A stretch of DNA of 64,000 nucleotides from Naegleria gruberi (taxonomy: Eukaryota), in the NCBI GenBank assembly GCA_000004985.1, contig GG738903.1. One strand, given 5' to 3'. A program made the position numbers and the translations under genes. The number at the start of each line of letters is the position of its first letter. Within the stretch, counting starts at the first letter, position 1. This document shows positions 33,467 to 45,700 of the stretch, one piece after another. A model generated the notes under the pieces. It did no database searches. It saw only the letters and a list, made by a program, of their open reading frames with translations, and was not told where the DNA came from.

Positions 33467-34756
33467 TCAACCAGTGAAGGAATAGCAGAAATTGGAATAA
33501 TCTGTTTCTGGTAGAACAATAAAGTTGAAGAATTCAATAAATGGCTTTGAATGGACCGAAAGACTTTTGGAATACGAAATTGGATTATGGAAATTCTCAG
33601 AATCATTGAGGCACTTTTCACAAATTCGCAAGTTTCCAATCTCTGAGGAATAAATACCCACCACTGATCCATCTTCTTTCATTGATTGGTAATACTCTCT
33701 TAGACAATCACTGCATCTTACAAACCCTCCACCCTCATGAATTCCATGAAATTCAACCAAAATAAAATTGTTAACATGGTGAACTTTACAAGATTTAGAA
33801 ATCATTACACCCCCAGAGCTACCAAAAGTAAGACATTCAGAACTGGCTAAACACTCTTGAGTGGAGTGGTCGTATTGGAATTCTTCGTTTTTCTCCCATA
33901 TATCATTATTGGAAACTTGGAAAGGATGAAGAATTTTGCCAACACTGGCACACAAACTTCCATTACCATTAAAGATGTTGTTCTTTAAGAACGAATCTGT
34001 TGGAGCCCACTCTGCATAATTATGATAATCTATTAAAGGGGAAACAGAGTTTTCATTTCCAGGATACGAAAGTGTGATTATTTCATCTCCAGGTTGCAAA
34101 ATGGTTGAAGAGGGAATAAAGAAAACATTGTTTGGTTGGCCAGAGTACTTGTTAGCTGCAAAATCAAAATACGAAAAATCCCCAATCTTTCCAGTAATTG
34201 GATCTCTACCAATCCATTCTTTTGTTTGTTTAAACTTTGTTGGAAAGGGTGCATCCTTATATACTTGACCAGAAAAGAAAAGTTGTTTCTGCTCTGGAAG
34301 ATCTTTCAATCTAGCCAAGGCGTCTTCATAATTGCTAATGTTCCATGCATTGCTGTAGGCAAAACAAAGGTTAGATCCAGTAGCACTTTGCAATTTGTTA
34401 TTCACATGACAATTAGTTATCACCACATTCGGGAGCACATAAAAACCAGAAGCAGCATATACTAATCTCCCTGTTTGCTTCTCAACTGAACATAATCTAA
34501 CAACAGCCTTTGAGCCTTCCTTTGCACTCTCTAGGGACTTTAAAACATCCAAATATTCGATTAGATATTTGCAATTTGGTGCTGTCCAGTTTAGTTGTTG
34601 ATTAAACCAAAAAACATTGAAACATGTATTGGGAGGAAAATGAGCCTTATTGTCTTGACTTGGTGGAACTTTTTCAAAATTCTCTTCCGAAACAATTTCA
34701 TTCCCCGAAGGAATGTAGCAAGTAATTACTTCTAAACGCTCCTTGAAGAATCTCAT
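33467..34756 (-). CDS. Trypsin-like (S1 family, bacterial S1B/Trypsin_2-like) serine peptidase
   Basis: ATG MRFF at 34756. His motif VLPNVVITNCHV. Ser motif TFGSSGGVMISK (GxSGG). Asp candidates in between. No signal peptide. Extra C-terminal Cys-rich segment CSDCLREYY...CEKCLND. Confidence 0.6.
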   Translation of the reverse strand: MRFFKERLEVITCYIPSGNEIVSEENFEKVPPSQDNKAHFPPNTCFNVFWFNQQLNWTAPNCKYLIEYLDVLKSLESAKEGSKAVVRLCSVEKQTGRLVYAASGFYVLPNVVITNCHVNNKLQSATGSNLCFAYSNAWNISNYEDALARLKDLPEQKQLFFSGQVYKDAPFPTKFKQTKEWIGRDPITGKIGDFSYFDFAANKYSGQPNNVFFIPSSTILQPGDEIITLSYPGNENSVSPLIDYHNYAEWAPTDSFLKNNIFNGNGSLCASVGKILHPFQVSNNDIWEKNEEFQYDHSTQECLASSECLTFGSSGGVMISKSCKVHHVNNFILVEFHGIHEGGGFVRCSDCLREYYQSMKEDGSVVGIYSSEIGNLRICEKCLNDSENFHNPISYSKSLSVHSKPFIEFFNFIVLPETDYSNFCYSFTG

Positions 34757-35235
34757 TGTAGCAATAAGTTTGTTTTTTTTCAAGTTTTTAATAAGGTTTG
34801 TAATAAGGTGAATAACTGCGCAAGCATTTTATTAAATTCGCGCTCAAAATCTACAGTAAAATACAACAAAATTTCAAGTTAAAAAAAATAACTCAAAATC
34901 TGTGTGGTATTGTTTTTGCTGCTCGGTTCGAACATTATAACATGTGCTTATCAGATTCTTCATCAACATCCTCTCTGATACACATTCGAATATTACAAAC
35001 ATATTTGTTTCTAACACGAAATCCAAAACTCATCGTGTAATAAGGGCTCATCCGTTAATACAACCTGATAGCACTTTTGATTCGTGCTTTGACTTTGTTT
35101 GTTAACTCCTCCTAGGCGAGTCACTTCACAAGTCAGATCCAAATTCTATCAGTGACACTTGGTGAAAAGATAAAAGCTGTCAAATTGTGAGTAACGATCT
35201 GGTTCATCAGCTAAAAAAAACCAAACAAACACAAC

Positions 35236-37439
35236 ATGAACAGCAAGAGTATCATCTCATTGTTGCTCGTTGCCGTTTTGGCCATCGTTTTCATGTCAAG
35301 TGGAATTGATGCCAGAAAGAGCAAGGCAAAGAGAGCTGCTGAAGCAACACTGAAACGTTGCCAAGCATTAGGTGACCCACACTACAAAACTTTCAATGGA
35401 AAATTCGATTTCTACGGAGTTGGTGATTACGTTTTTGCTCAAACCAATGACGGTAATCTTATTATTCACACTAGAACTGGAAAGTGGAACAAGGCTTCAG
35501 TCAATACCGCTGTTGGTATGTAATTTAATTATTATTCCAATATCATGATTTTAACAATAATTATTCACATAATACATTTCATGATGCAATTTATTTTCAA
35601 CTGATGACATTTGACATGTGGAAATTATTACTTCATATTTTTTCATGATGCATCCAATTCTTCTTTTAAAACTATTTATCAAAAACAACAGCTGTTAAAC
35701 TTGAAGGATCAAGAATTTTCGAATATGATGTTGTTTCTGATAAATTCTTCTTGAACAAGGTCCCAACCAAGATTAACGTTGGTGAAACCGTCTCTTTGGG
35801 AACCAAATCATCAGTTAAGAGAGCTTCACAAACTTCATTCGTTGTCACTGCATCAAATGGTGCCATCTTGTCTGCCTCTTATTCCAGAAGCCCAGCTTAT
35901 TTGAAGACTGGATCAATTGGTCACATTAACTTGATTCTCGATTCACCAAAGTCTGTTGACTACACTGAAGGATCATTGTGTTCAAGAGCAAAGGTTAACG
36001 CCAGAACCCGATTGCCACGTGCTATTGGTATTTTGCATAACCACAAGATTAGAAAATTCAGAAAGGTTCCATCAACCAAGGATTTCCCAGCTGATAAGGT
36101 CAAGAAGGCCAGATCTGTCTGTAGAAAGGCTGGTATCAAGTTGAAGAAGCATCCAAATGCTTTCAAGGCTTGTGTTAAGGATCAACTTTTGACTGGTAAG
36201 AAATTGGGTAAGAAGATTGCCAAGAAGATCGCCAAGGTTGAAAAACTTGAAGATAAGAAGAAGAAGAAACTCGTCAAGAAGATTATCAAGAAGGCCAAGA
36301 AGGCTGCCAAGAAGAGACTTGTCAAGAAGAAGAAGTTGTTGAAGAAGTTGAAGAAATTGTTAAAGAAGAAGTCTCGTGCTGCTAAGAAGGCTGTTAGAAA
36401 ATTGAAGAGAAAGCTCAGAAAGTTGAAGAGAAAGCCAAAGAAGGTCTCCACCAAGACTAAGAAGGCTAAGAGAGCTTCAAGAAAATTGAAGAGAAAGCTC
36501 AGAAAGTTGAGAAGATGTGCTAAGAAGGCTAAATCTTTGAAGAAGAGAAAGGCTTGCAGAAAGCTCTTGAAGAGAATTAGAAAGTTGAGAAAGCTCAGAA
36601 AGTTGAGAAGAAGAGGTGCCAGAAGAGGTGCTAGAAGACCAAGACGTGTTATCATCATCAAGAAATGCAAGAGATCTCCAAGAAGAAGAGGTGTCAGAAG
36701 ACCAAAGAGAAGAACTTCTAGAAAGATCAAGAAGGCCCAAAAGAAGAGAGCTAAGAAACTCGTTAGAAAGCTCAGAAAGATCAAGAAGGCTCAAAAGAAG
36801 AGAGTTAAGAAGGCTAAGAGAGCTGCTAGAAAGGCTAGACGTGCTGCTAGAAAGTTGAAGAGAAAGCTCAGAAGATTGGCTAGAAGACTCAAGAAGGCCA
36901 AGTCTTTTAAGGCTGCCAGACGTGCTAGACGTGCTTTGAGACTTGTTAAGAGACGTGCTAGACGTGCTGCTAAGCGTGCTTGTAAGCTCCGTAAGAGAGC
37001 CAAGAAGGTCAAGAAGGCTCTTAAGAGAAAGGTCAAGAAGGCCAAGAGAGCTGCCAGAAAGGCTAGAAAGGCTAGAAGAAACAGAAGACTCTCCAAGAAG
37101 GTTAAGAAGATCGTCAAGAGAACTTCTAGAGTTGTTGTCAAGAAGACAACTGCTAGAAAGATCAGAAAGTTGTTGAGAAAGGTCTTGAAGTTGAAGAAGA
37201 GATTGGGTAGAAAGTTCTGTCCAAAGAAGCACTTGCCAAGAAAGCTCAGATTGCTCTTGAAGAAATTGAAGGTCAAGATTGTTGCTTGTAAGAGAGGTAG
37301 AAGAGTTTCTAAGAGAAGAATCAACAAGAGAAAGCTCAGAAAACTCAGAAAGGTTAGAAAGGTCAGAAGAAACAGAAGAGGTGTTACTGTCATTGGTAAG
37401 AGACTTGCCAGACAATTGGTTAAGGTTTCTAGATGTTAA
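35236..37439 (+). CDS. Secreted von Willebrand D-domain protein with giant polycationic Lys/Arg/Leu heptad tail
   Basis: Exon 1 35236-35515: signal peptide MNSKSIISLLLVAVLAIVFMSSGIDA, then CQALGDPHYKTFNGKFDFYGVGDYVF (VWD hallmark including a GDPH Asp-Pro site). Intron 35516-35691 (GTATGT...AACAG), phase 1. Exon 2 35692-37439 continues the VWD domain, then about 420 residues (from ~36186) of KKLLKKLKKLLKKK / RKLKRKLRKLRR-type sequence with 8 spaced Cys. Codons aag and aga dominate. Confidence 0.7.
36186..37439 (+). repeat. Low-complexity coding repeat (AAG/AGA/TTG codon iterations) encoding the polycationic tail
   Basis: Imperfect reiteration of KLRK, KAKKA and RRAARKA units. It generates spurious long Leu/Ser/Phe ORFs on the opposite strand. 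Confidence 0.8.
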
Positions 37440-37568
37440 TTTAACTCTTAATAATATAATTTAATTTATTCAAAATTTCTCATATGTAAATATTGTTCTG
37501 TTAGCATGTAGATTGGGAGGTAGATGTCGAAATGTTGAATTTTATTTTTATTAAAAATTAAAAAAAAA

Positions 37569-39730
37569 ATGAAGAAGGTTCTTAGTCCATCATCTCTTCA
37601 ACTCAATTTGAAAATTGCTTCGGGAGCTATTGCTTCATCATCAAAACATGCAACACAAATTGTAAAATATCTTGCTCAACAACAGCTGGCATCTGTTAAT
37701 TCTTCCTATCATCAATCTAGTCGAGTTTCAACAAGCAAAAAAAAGGATAACGATGATGATGAATTTAAAAAGAACATGAACAACATATTTGGAGCATTGG
37801 GAGGCTCGGAACAAGTGAAAGGACATTTGAATGATATATTCAATGCTTTTTTAAAACCTGGAGCAAATATTCATACTTCAGGTGCTTCGAATTCTTCATC
37901 TTCATCATCTAAAAAGAGTGAACAACAAACAACGGAAAATGATGAAGCAAACAAGCCAAAGAATACCTTCATTCAAGATGAAGAACGATTAAACGAGAAT
38001 TTCCACAAGATTGTCTTTGAAGCCTATCACATGCAACGTAAACAATTTGAAAACAAATTGACACCACAAGAAATTGTGAATTGTCTTGATAAACATATTG
38101 TTGGACAAAAGGATGCAAAGAAGGCTGTCAGTGTAGCCCTTCGTAATAGATATAGAAGAAAGATTTTGATTGATTGGGCAAAGAGTGAAAAAACTTTACT
38201 TGATCCTTCTGAGATAATTCCAAAGAATATTTTAATGATTGGATCAACAGGTTGTGGTAAAACTGAAATTGCAAGAAGATTGGCAAAATTAGTTTCTGCT
38301 CCATTCTTGAAGGTTTGTTTAATTCAATGTTCTCTATTAATTTATTATTATTATTTTATTATTATTATTATTATTGGAATGTTCTTAATGAAAAAATTAT
38401 ATAGGTGGAAGCAACTAAATATACAGAACTTGGATATCATGGAAGAGATGTGGATACTATTGCTAGAGACTTGGTGGATGTTTCTATCAATGTTTTGAGA
38501 AATAATATTACTGATCTTTTCAAACAATTTTTAAATAGACCACCATCATCAACACCATCCGAACAAGAAGAAGGAACTTTGGAAGAACCAGACTTGTTTG
38601 GATCCTATCTTCAACAATTAATAGAGTATAGAATCATTCACTTGATGATTGGAACAAAAAATATAGCAAATTTGAGAAATGGTACCATTAAGGATTATTT
38701 GAACATGTTAAGAAATGGAGAATTGGACGATAGAAAAATTGAAGTGAGCATGCCTGAAAAGAAATCATCATTAGGATTATCTCAATTCAGTGACGTGTTT
38801 GATGCTGTCAAGGGTTCATTTGGATCATCTCTTGATAATTCCAAATTTTCAATGCCAGATGTTGCCAACTTGTCAGATCATCAAACACCACTTGACTCAA
38901 TGTTAGGTCAATTAAATCCACAAAAATATAAAAAGGTTGAAATGACAATTAAGGAAGCCAAAGTGAGATTAGTAGAGTTGGAAATGGATAAATTTTTGAA
39001 TAGCCCATTATTCATTGAAGAGGCAAGAAAGATTGCTGAAAGTGATGGAATTGTCTTTATTGATGAAATTGACAAGATTTGTGGAAGTCCTGAAAAGAAG
39101 GCCGTTCAAGGAGATGCCTCAGGAGAGGGAGTGCAAAGGGATTTATTACCACTGTTAGAGGGTTGCACAATTAATACTAAATATGGTCCAGTCAAGACGG
39201 ATCATGTTTTGTTTATTGCTAGTGGTGCTTTCCATCAACAAAAGCCATCTGATTTAATGTCTGAATTCCAAGGTAGATTGCCAGTAAGAATCATGTTAAC
39301 TGCACTTAATACGCCTGAAGAGCTCTATCAAGTATTAACAATGCCAGAATTCAACCTTGTGAGACAAAATATTTCCCTTATGAATAGTGAGGGTATTTCT
39401 TTGGTCTTTAGTGACGCAGCTAATAGAGAAATTGCCAATTTCAGTGCCTTGTGTAATGCAGGAAATGATAATCTTGGTGCAAGAAGATTAATTGGAATTA
39501 TTGAAAAGGTAATTGATGAAATGTCTTTTATTATTCCAGACTTAGTGAGAATGGAGGATACTGAAAAAGCTGCACAAGAATTGAGAAATATTGGATTTAA
39601 CACTTTTGAAATATCAAGACAAGATAATAGAAATGCTATTACAATCACAATAACAGCCGAAGATGTGCAAAAGAAACTGGAAAAGAGCTCACAATTTAAA
39701 AAGTTGGATGTGAAGAAGTTTATGATTTAA
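37569..39730 (+). CDS. hslU: HslU-type AAA+ ATPase (ATP-dependent protease HslVU ATPase subunit), probable mitochondrial
   Basis: Exon 1 37569-38312, intron 38313-38404 (GTTTGT...TATATAG, phase 0), exon 2 38405-39730. The junction restores the canonical [23 protein letters not shown] sequence. Other motifs: [25 protein letters not shown], Walker [18 protein letters not shown], sensor/arginine-finger region [11 protein letters not shown], an I-domain insert, and an N-terminal presequence-like [24 protein letters not shown]. Confidence 0.85.
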
Positions 39731-39749
39731 TAAATTTTGAAATTTAAAG

Positions 39750-42700
39750 TTAAAGTTCAAATCTTGCATTTGCTTTCATTCTTTGTTTGAGTTCGTTCAC
39801 AATAGCAAATGATTTGTACTCATCTGTGAAAATAAACCTAGAGAAGGTATCACTCAAGTTCATAACAATTTGTTGATAGAGAGAATCAGCACATCCATTA
39901 ATCATTCTTTGATAACCAACCCACATTACTTTGTTTTCTGTATTGTTTGCTTCTGCCTTCTTTTGTTCATCAACCAATTTTACACTTGATTGACTAAAGT
40001 CAAGTTTGATTGGCTGGGCATTCATGGATTGCATTGGAATTGACTTTGTCTTTTTAGTATTCAACTCTCCATACAGAATGCTTTCATAAACCTTATCCAC
40101 AAATGGCTTGTCTTTACCTTGCTCGACAACCATCTTGAATAAGAGTAAGAATGAATTTCTTGAATGTGATGGAATATTCACTTCCATAGTTGCTCCTAAT
40201 TTGATGTAAACCTCGTAGGTGCTGACACAGTACGAGTAGAGATGTTTCAAGAACTCTTCAGAATCGTCCATCTTATTCTCCAAAGTATCCATAAAGAGCT
40301 TGATATCAACATACATGTAAAGATTTTCCAAAGACCATTCCTTTTTACAGAACTCCTCAAATAGAATAATACCTTCAGAGTCTGACATTACTTGAGAGAG
40401 TTCCTCATTTTCTAATTCCACTGCTTCTTCTTTCTTATTGTCATTAGGTTTTTCAGTTGTAATCTTCTTGTAGAAATTATAAAGTGAAACCAAGGAAACA
40501 AATCCACCAAATGCTAAAATATAAAATACAATATAGACAGTTTCAATGGCAAATCTGGCTGAGTCAAAGACAAGCCCAATTGTGAATTGTTTAGTGTCAG
40601 AGCTGGAGAATTTTCCATCAATACTGGCAAGACCTAACGCTTGAGAAACAATGAGGAAGATAAAGAATGCCACAAAGAATATCATTTCCAAACGGTAGAA
40701 CAGTGGAGTATCTCTTCTAACAAACCATTTCCATACTGTGTGTAATACTGTTGATATTTGAATTGTTTCCTTTCCTTTACCTGATGAAGTATCAGCACTA
40801 ATTGGTTTAGTTTCTAATTTCTTTTGTCCTTTTCCTTCAGTAGTCGCTCCTTGATTTGTAAGTCTTGCAGAAATTGAAGACTCCTTTGAATCGTCATCAA
40901 ATTTGTAAGTCAAAATCATATCAGCAACGAAAATTAAAGCAACAATCAAGGCAAATGTCAAAATGACAACACAATAGGATACAGAAACAATAGTAGTGTA
41001 GTCATTAGCACCAATAACTCCAGTATACTTGAGAACAAACCACAAAGTCCAATAGAGAATGTTAGCTACAGCAAACAAACATAAAATAGCATAATAGATT
41101 GGATTTGAGGTCAATCTCTTGAATGTTGTAATCTTCTTTGCATAATTTGCTAAAAGATTACCTTCCTTATTTCTCATCACATTCATTAAATTGTAAAGAT
41201 GCTTCATGAATAAGTAACGAACCACTTGTAAGAGGAAGGCGAGAATGGCTGTTAAATTGAGAGTGTTGACAATAATTGAAGCTATACCACCAAACCAATT
41301 GACTACATTAGTGACATCAGTTTCATAAGCTGCCGATTTCAATGTATTACTCAATAATTCATTAACAAGAATGGAATTTCTAATAATTGAAATCAAAACA
41401 CATTCAGTCAACAGGGCAATCATACCCAAGTATGGAGCAACAAGTCTACTCTTAATAGGTTGCTTATTTTTAAATATTGTGAGCAATACCAAAACAATAA
41501 CAGCCACAATTCCATAAATTCCTCCAAAAACTATTTCAGCAATGTAATAACTGGCAACTTGTAATTTGTAGCTACTATTAACAGCACTAGTCAAATTGAA
41601 TTGCAAGAAAGTACCAAATCTTGTGGTATGGTCACACTTACAAACAACATCACCATTAACAAATGAAGAGACGTAACAACCATTTCCTAACCAAGCATTT
41701 TCGGTTTCATTCCAATATCTGCACTCCATTGTGGTATTGGTAATATTCTTATTTGATGTCAAGGTAGAAAGTGATGTCTTGTCGAGAGAGAACGTCAAAG
41801 CAATAGGATTTTTGAGATTTCTCAATTCAACTTGACTGTCTGACATACTGAGTGTGAATTCCGTTAGAGGTGCAAGAATATAACTCTTCTTTGAGAAGGA
41901 ATCAACCTTTGAGTTGATAGAGTAGGCTATGAATGATAAGCCAAAGGATCCAGTTGTTTCATTTGAAATTTGTTGGAAAATAGAATTCATATCCAAACTA
42001 ACTTGATTAATACCAGTTGAAAGAGTTTGATTGGTAGTTGTTGGAGTTGACTTATCCAGAGAGAATGCAGAAATTGTAATATTGACCATATCAGTTGCAA
42101 ATGAAAGAGTTGGAACTGATCCAGTTGTAACCAATGTTGGAATTTCACCAATGAGAGCTGTATCAGCTGTACTTTCTGCAGTTGATTCCACCTTTTCAGA
42201 GTTTAGTCCAGTTTCCAATAAATTTGAAACAAGTTTTAGTGTTGAAAATGTGACAGTTGAATCCAAAATCTTTGTCTTGACAAATGAATACAATGCCTTT
42301 TCTTCTAAATATTGAGCTGTAACATTTGAAACGAAATTGGCTAACTTGGTGTTTACCTTGTCGACCATTTCAGAGCTCATCTTTGAAGGATCTGAAGTAA
42401 TGGTAAGGAAAGAATCCAATGCACTTTGTGGATTCTTAATATCAAATTGAACATTGTCAATTAATTGATTCAAAACGGCTTGTGATTCATTGGTTGAAAT
42501 TGATCGAGTAGAAATGGATGTATCATAAGAGTAAAGAACTGATTGCTCAGAAGAGCTAGCACTACTCAATAAATTCAATAATTCCGAAACTGTTCCATTG
42601 TAAGGCGAAACTGTGACTGTTGAAGAATATGTCCACTCTTCATTACCATACTTATCGGCAACAAAGAGAATAACAGTGACAGTCTCATCGTTGGTGCTTC

Positions 42701-45700
42701 TACTCTTCTTTGTTTGAGTCAAATAAGGAAGAATGGAACTGAAAGTGGAATTAGTAGTGTATGAAGTGATTCTGACAGGTTTTTGTTGTGTAGAATCATA
42801 AACACCTAAAGCATACGTGAGTGGTTTGAGAGAATCGGCAGCTGACCATTCCTGAACTGTGAAAACGAAATTTTCAATAAGTGCCATACCTTGAGTTGGC
42901 ATTATAGTGACGAGTTTTGTTGTATTCTTTGGAGCTGATGCTGGTGGGATGATTGGATAAGTTGAGGTGATTGAAAAACTGGAATTACTGTCCTGATTTC
43001 TAAATTCCAAAATAATTTCCAAAATTGATTCTTCAGCAGTGTTCTGTGTGAGATTTGTAATTTGCGATTTGAAATTGGAAACAGAATAGGAAAGATATGG
43101 AGAGCAAGTAAATCCATCAAGAGCAGAGTTTGGAACAATGGTTACATTTCCAGAAATGTCTAACATGTTAAGAGTTTGATTGAATCTAACGACAAGTGAG
43201 TATTCAACTTTCTTTGCTGCACAACCACCATTGTTACATCCCAAGAATCTTACCAAAGCACTTTGATTCAAAGAAACTGTCGGTACAACAATATCCAAAC
43301 TAGTTGGTAAGGTATTGGTTGTGTAAGCTTCCTTCACACCAACAACAGATACAGAGTATGATTCTGGCACTTGAATAATGGTAATATTAAAACTAAATGT
43401 GTTTGATTGTCTGTAGAAGAAAACACCATCCTCTGAGGTTACAGCCATAGCCGACAATTCAAGATTGAAAGTTCCTGTTGGTAATACATAAACATTGAAT
43501 AGGGCAATTGATTGAGTAATATTTGAAAGATAATCACTTCCATTATTTCCTTGACAATTAGTACATGTCCAATTGTAAATCACATTTTCCAACAAGTATG
43601 GTTGTGGAAGAATCTCACCTAGAACAGCATGAAGTGACAAACTAGAAATATTGTTGTAGACACTATAACTCTCTACCGTGTAACCTCCAATTTTAAGTGA
43701 GACTGTAATTGGAGATTGTGTGATATTACAATTCTTACCAAACCATGGATAACTGCATTCACAAGTATTAGGACTATTACAGATACCATTTTGTGAGCAA
43801 ACATCCAAAGAAGTTGCATTCACACCAAAGCAAATTGGTGTTTGACAATTTTCTCCAGTGAAACCATTTGTGCATTCGCAATTATTTGGCGATTTGCATT
43901 GACCATGTCCAGAACAAACATTCAATGTATCATTAAAGTACAAAGAATAGCATTGGTACAGAGTACATTCCTCTCCAAAGTAACCTTGTACTTGACAAGA
44001 GCAAGTATTTTCAGAATTACATTGACCTTTTCCATTACAAACTTGTGGATCGGTTGAATTCTTTCCGAAACACGTTGAGAATTGACAATTATTACCAGAG
44101 TATGTTGAAGTACAATTACAGAAATCGACACCAATGCAGCTTCCTCTTTGGTTACAAACATTTGAAGAGTTGGCAAGAATATTTTCACACTTGAAGATTT
44201 CACAATTTGAACCGCCATATCCATAGCCACATGAACACAAATCAGTGTCAATACATTGACCAAAACCTGAACAAACTGATGGCATAGTTGAATTGATTCC
44301 GTAACAAATTGGGTATTGGCACTTGTCTCCAGTGTATCCTGTAACACAAGAACACTTATCAGGAGAAATACATGAACCCTTTCCACTACAAATAAACTTG
44401 GAATCTTGTGAAGTATTATTTCCAAAGCAAGAAACATATTGACAGTTATTTCCACTATATCCTAAATTACATGAACAATTATTTGGTAAAATACATTTAC
44501 CAAATCCAGAGCACACAGTATTATTGAGATAGTTCAATCCATAACAATTGTAATCTGTGCAATTCTTTCCATAGTAATTATAATCTGTACAGTAACAAAC
44601 GTCTGGAGAAGTACAAATACCTTTTGCATTACATTGTGTTGGATCATCAAAGGTTCTATTATAACAAATTGGTTTGTTACATTGTCCACCAGACGAAAAA
44701 CCAGATAGACATTGGCATGTATCTGGTGCAACGCAGCTACCATTATTGGAACAGACATTTGGATCTAGAGCCGAGAGTGAGTAACAAACTGGAATGTCAC
44801 ATCTGGAACCTGTGTATTGAGAGGTACAATTACATAAATTGGCACCAGTACAATTTCCCTGAGAGCTGCAATATGCAACACCATCACATGAGTAGGCAGA
44901 ACATTCTGCATTGCCTTTCCATCCAGTGTTGCACTGACAAGTATTATTGGAAATACACAAGCCATTTCCATGACAGTTGTCAGAGGCATCACATGTGAAA
45001 GTATTACAATTTGAACCTGTCCAGCCAGATCTACATTGGCATGTGTTATTTCCAATACATTGACCATTTTGAGAACAAGAATTAACTCCGTCACAACTAA
45101 TAACTGAACAATTGGAACTTCCTTTCCATCCACTTTGACATTGGCAAGTATTGTTTGAAATACATAAACCATGATCGTAACAATTAAGCACACCATCGCA
45201 TGTGAAAATGTCACATTTTGGTCCAGACCATCCAGATCTACATTGACATGTGTTATTTCCAATACATACTCCATTTTGAGAACAGCCACTAACACCATCA
45301 CATGAGAATTGGGAACATTCTGCATTGCCTTTCCAGCCACTATAACATTGGCAAGTGTTGTTGGAAATACACAAGCCATTACTGTTACAATTTGAAGAGG
45401 CATCACAAGTGAAAACATTGCAACTTGCTCCTGTCCAACCAGACCTACATTCGCATGTGTTATTTCCAATGCATTGACCATTTTGAGAGCATGAATTAAC
45501 ACCATCACAAGTAATTGCCGAACAATTCGAGTTACCTTTCCATCCACTAACACAGTTGCATGTATTAGCGCCTGTACACGTACCATGTCCTGAGCAGAAA
45601 TCTCTATCCTTACAAGTAAAAGTATTACAATTAGCTTCTGTCCATCCACTGTTACAATTACAAGTATTATTTGAAATACAAGTACCGTGTCCATTACAAG

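Noticed and set aside
36182-37415. Long minus-strand ORFs (200 to 312 aa, Leu/Ser/Phe-rich) overlapping the polycationic tail
   Set aside because: They are the reverse complements of AAG/AGA/TTG codon iterations (CTT/TCT). They have no start context and no independent signal, so they are low-complexity artefacts.
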